Source: Candidatus Kuenenia stuttgartensis (GTDB lineage: Bacteria > Planctomycetota > Brocadiia > Brocadiales > Brocadiaceae). From it: a stretch of DNA of 32,000 nt. Position numbers and translations under genes: made by a program. Positions within the stretch are counted from its first letter, which is position 1, and every line of letters begins with the position of its first letter. The notes under the pieces are model-generated. The model was not told where the DNA came from. It worked only from the letters and a program-made list of their open reading frames with translations, and did not search any database. This document shows positions 25,588 to 32,000 of the stretch, one piece after another. The DNA lies in the NCBI RefSeq assembly GCF_900232105.1, contig NZ_LT934425.1, positions 1,770,001 to 1,802,000 on the forward strand, read 5' to 3'.

Positions 25588-27422
25588 ATGCAACATCAAT
25601 CTCAAACCAACTTTCAAATGGCGCGGGGGGATTTACAACTCGTCGATTATCTTGAAAGGTGCGCCGCTCAAGCTCATTACGCTCAATTCCTGCAATCTGT
25701 TGTGGTTTCGTGTTCTCGAAGAAACTAAGGAGTCGTCGACGAAGACAGGAGGCGCTGAGTTCGTCACAAGTGACAGAGTGGAACAAAATCATCTGGTCGC
25801 GGGCACGGCTGGCGGCAACATTGAACCGCCGTTCGTCCGAAGCCTTCGTTAGAGGGCCAATTCTTTCATTGTTGGCCGCAACAAGCGATAGCAACATAAT
25901 GTCTCGCTCATCACCCTGAAAACTGTATGGATTACCGCAGACCAAATGCCGCTGCTCCATTTCCTCGGCGCCCAACTGTTCAAGCAATTGGTTCTCAATC
26001 AAAGCCGCCTGTGCTTCGCCCTGAAGCACAACCACACCCATCGACTTGTCGTCATACCTGGTGTCGCCACACAGTTCGACGATCTTTTTAACGATGGCTT
26101 CGGCCTCAGGGCGATTGATCGTCCGGTTGTATGAACCTTCGCGATACCCTCCATTTACAAAAACAAGTTCAAGGGGAGCTAATCGGTTAGGCCCATATTG
26201 CCTCAAGGGAATCAACGGCGTATCTGAATAGCAAAGGTCATTGCTGAAACGAATAATCTCCGGCATGCAGCGGAAGTGCTCGCGTAGGGTAATTCGTTGC
26301 GTTCCATAGCGAAGTTTACCGTGATCAAACAGGCTGCTTTCGACATCGAATGACGACTTAAATTGGAAATCATGTAGGAATTCCTCCATCAAACGATGCA
26401 CGGCATCTCGAGGCAAGCCTACAGCAGCCGGGCTGATCTGCTTATCATCGCCAACAATTAATACCTTCTTGCCTAGATAAAATAGAGGAAGTGCCTCTAC
26501 TCCACATTGCGATGCCTCATCTATGATAATGACATCAAACATACCAGGTATGGGATCCACCGTGTCCCAAACTCGGTGGAGAGGCATAACCCATGCCGGA
26601 ACCGCCTCACGGCACTCATTGAGGTGCTGTTGAGCTTCACGCCTGTGGCGTGGCGCGTGTTTTCCTGTGCCTTTACCAAGCCGCCTCATAGACTGCTGCC
26701 AGGCTTCCATATGGCGTCGATGATTGCTATTGAGTCGGGAAAAGCAAAATGACCAGGCATGGAGCGAGGCGAGTTTAGCTATAATGGCGTTGATCTCGTC
26801 CTCGATCTGTTTGGCGTGCTTGGCGAGGGCAGGGATGTCCTCCTGCCGTATGTATTCCTCAATCCAATATTGCGCCTGCGCCCAATGCCAAGCGTTTCCA
26901 ATTTGTTGAAGTCGCTCATCCCAATATGGCTCGTCACAGGTTCGCATCAATTCATCCGTGAGACGTGGGAGTCGGTGGCTCATTTCCGAGAGGTATTCAT
27001 CCATCTTCTGAAGGCGCTGACGCTCCTTTTCCAATTCCTGAATCTTGCTCGCGGCATTCGCGAATCCATCTACATTGCGGTCACGAATCGCGTGTAGCAA
27101 TTCGTTCGTTACCGGATGTGCGTTGCCCATGGCGGCAACGTACGATACCGGAGCCTCAATGCTTTGTATTTCTTCAGCTACAAGCCGCTTGCGGAGACGG
27201 ATATGCGCAAGGCCGCATGACGCGATTATCCTTTCAACCTGAGATTCGTCAGCCCAAAAGGGTTCGCTTATAGCCTGAAACTGGCGTATGATCCCACGGC
27301 ATTCTCCAATGAGCGTTTCAAGCGACAAGGCATTTTCAAGAGCGTCACACAGTGATTTGAGCGCAGTCAATTGTAGAGCATAAGGGCCTTGAATCTTATC
27401 GGTTCGCCCCACCCAGAACCCC

Positions 27423-28806
27423 CATAAGCGCTAACTTGTTTTATTGACAAATTTTATTCATCATGGTATTTTTATGTTAATTATCCCGCTAATCACTCTA
27501 TAGGAGGATAAAGCCATGATGAGAGAAGATTGGGATCTTCTAAGAACTTTCTTCCCAAACGATTGGAAAAGTTTAGCCGTTGATACAAATGCTTTAAAAG
27601 GCTTGCGCAAGGATAAATCTGAAGAAAAGCTTCTTCGAACATTATTAATTCATTTAGGATGTGGCTATTCATTGCGTGAAACAGTAGTTCTAGCCAAGCG
27701 TGCTAACTTAGCAGATTTATCCGATGTTGCCTTATTAAAGCGATTAAAAAAGAGCAAAGAATGGCTATATAAATTATGTTTATCTTTATTCCGTGAGCGT
27801 GGCCTCCAAATTAATAAACGGAATAATTTTCATCTTCGCTTATTTGATGCAACAACAGTAAAGGAACCTGGGAAAACAGGAAGTCTTTGGCGCATTCATT
27901 ATAGTATTGAGGTTCCTTCATTATCTTGCGATTTCTTTAAACTTACGGGAACTGAAGGAGAAGGCACAGGAGAATCTTTTCGGCAGTTTCCGATGAAAAA
28001 AGATGATTATATTATAGCTGACAGAGGTTACTGTACTGGCCAAGGAATTCATCATGCAACAAGGAAAGGCGCTTATCTTAGCGTTAGAGTTAATTCGCAA
28101 TCTCTACGGATATTCGGCGAAGAAAAGAAACCCTTTCCTTTATTGAAAGAAATCCAATATTTAAAAAGACCCCTTGCTATAAAATCATGGAACGTTTTTA
28201 TTCCAAACGTTGATAATACTGAATATGTCAAAGGTCGTCTTTGTATAATACGCAAAACAGAAGAAGCCATTAAAATAGCTCATAAAAAACTTAAAAGACA
28301 TGCAAGCAAAAAGGGCATTGAACTAAAACCGGAGACCCTTATTTATGCCAAGTACGTAATAGTATTCACAACGTTTCCTGAAAATCAATTTACCGCTTTT
28401 GATATCTTAGAATGGTATCGAGTTCGATGGCAAATTGAACTGGTCTTTAAAAGATTTAAACAAATAGCACAATTTGGACACTTACCTAAATACGATGATG
28501 ATAGCTCAAAAGCTTGGCTTTATGGCAAACTATTCGTTGCTCTTTTGACAGAAAAACTAATAGATTTTGCTACGTCTTTTTCCCCCTGGGGATACTTCAT
28601 TGTCAAGCAAGAAGACTAAAAGCAAATGGCGTGAATTTGCTTTTATGCTTAATCAAGTAAAACGGGCTATAGAACCAGCGTTATCATTACAGGAAGTTCT
28701 TAAGTGCTGGAATGACATTGCTTGTTCTTTAGCAGAAAATACAAGAATCCGAAAAACACAGATATCAAAATACTTCGAGCATACCTAAAACAAGTTAGCG
28801 CTTATG
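27423..28806 (+). mobile_element. IS4-family insertion sequence
   Basis: TIR CATAAGCGCTAACTTGTTTT / AAAACAAGTTAGCGCTTATG; 11-bp target duplication CCCAGAACCCC (27412..27422 and 28807..28817); 1384 bp. Confidence 0.95.
27516..28788 (+). CDS. IS4-family transposase, C-terminus in another frame (27516..28619 plus continuation in 28567..28788)
   Basis: MMREDWDLLRTFFPNDWKSLAVDTNALKG..., RLFDATTVKEPGKTGSLWRIHY, YIIADRGYC, YRVRWQIELVFKRFKQ; continuation KKTKSKWREFAFMLNQVKRAIEPALSLQEVLKCW is in the +1 frame after the GGGG run near 28590. Confidence 0.88.
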
Positions 28807-31152
28807 CCCAGAACCCCCACGCCTTCTCACACTCGATCCGGACATGCAATGCATCGGAAAGATTTGAAAAATGTTCGACAGCGGAACAAGACCGTCCTCC
28901 AATACGCACAGTCTTGATTACATGGAGGCGCTCTTTGACCTCTTTGGGCCGAAATGGGCCCCAACCCAGCTTCCCTCCACCCTCCATGTGCTCTTTCAGT
29001 TTTCTGGCATCTTCTCGTAGCGTACTGATATTGGTATTGTCTGGGAAAACAATACTTGTATTGTCAGCGATTGTGACTACAGTTTCGACTGATGCAATAG
29101 CATCTCCCGTGATACGGAAAAGCTCGCGCCACAAGGATGAATTACCTCCCAAGATATCGCGTAATGCATCTGCCATCCATGAATGGGGCGACGCCATCAT
29201 CCTTCTTCGTGCGTCGCGAAAATTGGAGAAAGCGTCACGAATCGTTTCGATGGTCGCGAAATTGCCCTTTGATATCAGATCGGCGATACGTTCATCTGCC
29301 CCGATTACCGAGTTGCTTTCGTCCTCAGTCGCTTTCACCTCGTTCTCAGCAAGATTGGCCAACTGTTCTGTGGAAGGCAAGGCATTTGGCCATTCAAGGC
29401 TCAATTCTTGACGCTTTTCTGGTGCAAAATAACGAATGTCCTCAAGAAAATCACGCAAATCGCTGGCGGATAACTGACAGGTCTTGTCCAAGGGGATGGT
29501 GTCCGCGAACCATTCGTAAACGCTTCTGTCACGGTTGACGGCCTCCGCTATTCGGGCTGCCGTACCTCGATATGTTCCGTCCGCAATGGATTGGGATTGG
29601 GTTTCGGATTCCCTGATATCGCGGAGCCGTCGATTAACCTTGGCTTTCTCCTGCCGGAGGCGTTGGAGTCGATCTTCTAGTTCCGTGCGCTCATGTTTAG
29701 CCCGATCCTCTTTCCATTCATCATTCTTGCGAAGTATGCCGCCGACGCTGGATTCCAAAGATCGCCGCTCCTCAAGACCGCTGCCAAGCAAGTTGATGCA
29801 GAGAGGGCGTAATTCTTTCGGGATAAGTCCTTCAAGTACCTGAAGAGCACGCGGCGTCTTGGCGGTGATAAGCGTTCGCTGGCCAGTGGCGAGCAAATGG
29901 CAAATGAGATTCGCGATAGTATGAGATTTTCCCGTACCGGGAGGCCCCTGCACAAGAACGCCATTTTCCGCACGAATCTTGTCAACGATACGTCGTTGAT
30001 CTTCGTTCGATGGCTTTGGGAAGAAAACTTCTCCATCGAATGCGCTGCTTGATTCTTCTAAACCATCGCCCGTTTCGTAGTCATTCTTGTTGGAAATCTC
30101 GGCAAGGTCCGCGAATAAGTCAGGGATACCTTCGGCATTTTCGATCCGCCCCTTGATCCGTTTCAAGGTTTCGGTAAGACCCTTTGCGGAGCGCTTTCGT
30201 AGGATCAAAGCGGGAGCATATTCGACAATTGGCTTCGCTGATGCACGGATGCTTTTCGCCGCCAAGGAGTCGTCATACTCACCTTGGGAGTCGATCGAAT
30301 GCACCAACGCCTTAAGCACGCTTTCAATGCCCCCTTTTTCCCATGGATCGTCTTCTTCTCCTGCCAACGAAGACTTCGCAGTTTCTTCGGCGCGCGGCGG
30401 TTGTTCCTCTACATCCAACATGTCGAATTCTGGCCGGAGTTTTGCCCCTTCGGTATGAGGCCGAACGGTGAATTTACCCAGATGAGCTTCAAACTCCAAA
30501 ATGGCATCCGCGACAACCAAGTGACGTCTGACGCGCTGCCCAGTGGGCGTCTGCCATGTAAGCAGACCCAACCCAAGTACGAGTTCGTATTCCTCGCCAA
30601 GCCTGAGTTGCTCTTGATGAATGGCAAAAAGCTCGGAATAGACACGGTGGATTTTTTCCCACGCATTGTGATCTTCCGTCCATGGTAGCCACTTGTCTTC
30701 AACATAACGTTCCCATGCCCGCAGAACTTCGGGATGTTCGCCAAGGCGTTCGGTGCGTGGCATGGTTTCCGGCTGATGCGATCCTTCGCGCCAGTCGGGA
30801 TTTTGGACTTGTTGGGTGATTTCCGGGAGGAGTTCCGGCAAATCACTCTTATTGCAGAGCGCCGACTGGTTAAGCCAGTCTCTGCATTGAATGGGAATGG
30901 CATGCAATTCTGGCTCGCGCCGGTTTTGCACTTCCAGCCATTCATCCATCTCATGTTCCTCATCGCTCCCCCATGCCTGCGTAAAGCACCCCCGCTCATG
31001 TGGAACGTTTGATACCCAAAGGACATTCTCGTATTCGGCAATGTCGCTGATCAGCTTCGCGCGAAGTAAAGCAAGTCGTGTCAAATAGTCGAGAAGCCTA
31101 ACGGCTTTCTGCACCCTATGGCTATCTGCCTGTTGATCGTTTAAGAGTTCCC

Positions 31153-32000
31153 TAGCGTGAGTTTATCACAAAATAAGGCATGAAGCAACGTAACATAAAT
31201 ACAGTCAATGCGTTAAGCACAACATCAATTGTATACACTGAGTCCTTGAAGTTTCAGCCGATGTTTGTGGAAATCCATAATGCCTAACGCATTCATCAAC
31301 AGAGATTCCTTGTCGGACATTTCTTCCAATTTGTAGGTAGCCTTAACTCTCCCTCTGGCCTTTGTTTCTTCAAGCATAGCAGAAAGCCTTATATTATTAA
31401 GGGTGTCTAACAGGGTATCTAACGTTCCACTAAATTGTGCGTGCGCTTTTGCCTGATACCACACAATCGCCGCCATTAGGTATCCGAGGACGCAAATAAA
31501 AAAATGCACCCTGATTTTCTGATCCGTCCAGTGAAATTGCGGTTTTAAAGCAAGGTGATAGGGGTTCTTGAGATTTCTAAAGGCATGTTCAATTTTTGAT
31601 TGCCCATAGTAGGCTTTTATAATGTCCGCGGTATCCCAATCGTGATGGTCTGTCATAAGAATCCTGAACCCCAGTTCCCCTTCTATTTCTTCGAGCTTTT
31701 TCTGGTCGATTGAAAAATTCAATTGAAACTTGCCTTCAGATACCTCTTTTAACGACCAATCGATAACATCCTTCGCAAATTGACATTTCACTACACTTCT
31801 TATCGTATCCTCCAGACCCTCTTTGTCCCGCATCTTTCCCTTTGGATTACACAGATGCTGCTGTAAGAGCTTTAACTGATGTTCTGCCTTTTCCAGAGAC
31901 TGAGACATTCCCCTTAATTGCCCAACCTTTAATTTCTCGGAAATAAATACGACAACGGTTCTTTCCTGCCCCCAAATAACCCGTTTGTCATGGTACACCT
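31153..32000 (-). mobile_element. IS1634-like insertion sequence, copy 2 (same element as 13741..15752), truncated by the window end
   Basis: Starts with CTAGCGTGAGTTTATCACAAAATAAGGCATGAAGCAACG, identical by eye to the right end of copy 1; inverted relative to copy 1. Confidence 0.93.
31225..32000 (-). CDS. IS1634-family transposase, C-terminal part (copy 2)
   Basis: Translation from VYHDKRVIWGQERTVVVF to HRLKLQGLSVYN matches copy 1 throughout. Confidence 0.93.
   Translation of the reverse strand, partial: VYHDKRVIWGQERTVVVFISEKLKVGQLRGMSQSLEKAEHQLKLLQQHLCNPKGKMRDKEGLEDTIRSVVKCQFAKDVIDWSLKEVSEGKFQLNFSIDQKKLEEIEGELGFRILMTDHHDWDTADIIKAYYGQSKIEHAFRNLKNPYHLALKPQFHWTDQKIRVHFFICVLGYLMAAIVWYQAKAHAQFSGTLDTLLDTLNNIRLSAMLEETKARGRVKATYKLEEMSDKESLLMNALGIMDFHKHRLKLQGLSVYN

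Larger units (their letters stand above)
23439..31152 (-). pseudogene. Giant SF1 helicase-nuclease (DUF4011/AAA_11/AAA_12 with C-terminal MTES_1575/DUF559-like endonuclease domain) split by three insertion sequences
   Basis: Parts: 31152..28807 (VLVQGPPGTGKSHTIANLI Walker A), 27411..25588 (VIIDEASQCGVEALPLFYLGKKVLIVGDDKQISP; NPYSFQGDERDIMLLSLV; NVAASRARDQMILF), 23728..23439 ([43 protein letters not shown] nuclease). Removing the two internal ISs plus one target repeat each restores a single open frame. Confidence 0.9.

Noticed and set aside
29137-31088. Plus-strand ORFs across the helicase region
   Set aside because: Antisense shadows of a conserved coding frame; no recognisable domains.

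Overview
The window splits in two. From 1 to about 12.4 kb is a conserved, minus-strand housekeeping block: partial pyrG, kdsB, a B12-binding-type radical SAM gene, rodA, PBP2/mrdA, mreD, mreC, mreB, lnt and moeA. From about 12.8 to 32 kb is an accessory region full of mobile elements, gene remnants and repeats. Main results from reading the sequence: (1) A Tn5/IS50-like (IS4-superfamily) element at 13710..17912 is bounded by a perfect 23-bp inverted repeat. It carries a DUF4338/DruA-like gene joined by an ATGA overlap to its transposase. An IS1634-like element (13741..15752) is inserted at its left end. (2) A very large SF1-helicase/nuclease gene of the DUF4011/AAA_11/AAA_12 + MTES_1575 endonuclease type lies on the minus strand at about 31152->23439. 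It is broken by three insertion sequences. Two insertions can be removed exactly in silico (6-bp and 11-bp target duplications) and the reading frame is restored each time. (3) A minus-strand run of small orphan genes (BrnT/antitoxin-like, a membrane zinc-ribbon protein, a SIR2-like protein) contains two sites resembling integron attC sites at cassette-like positions. (4) A dispersed repeat family containing GGGACACTTCCC...GGGAAGTGTCCC flanks truncated genes. (5) PBP2 has a CXXCH (haem c-type) motif in its extracytoplasmic part. The gene content suggests an anammox-type planctomycete, but that is inference and not proven here. No CRISPR array or RNA gene was recognised.
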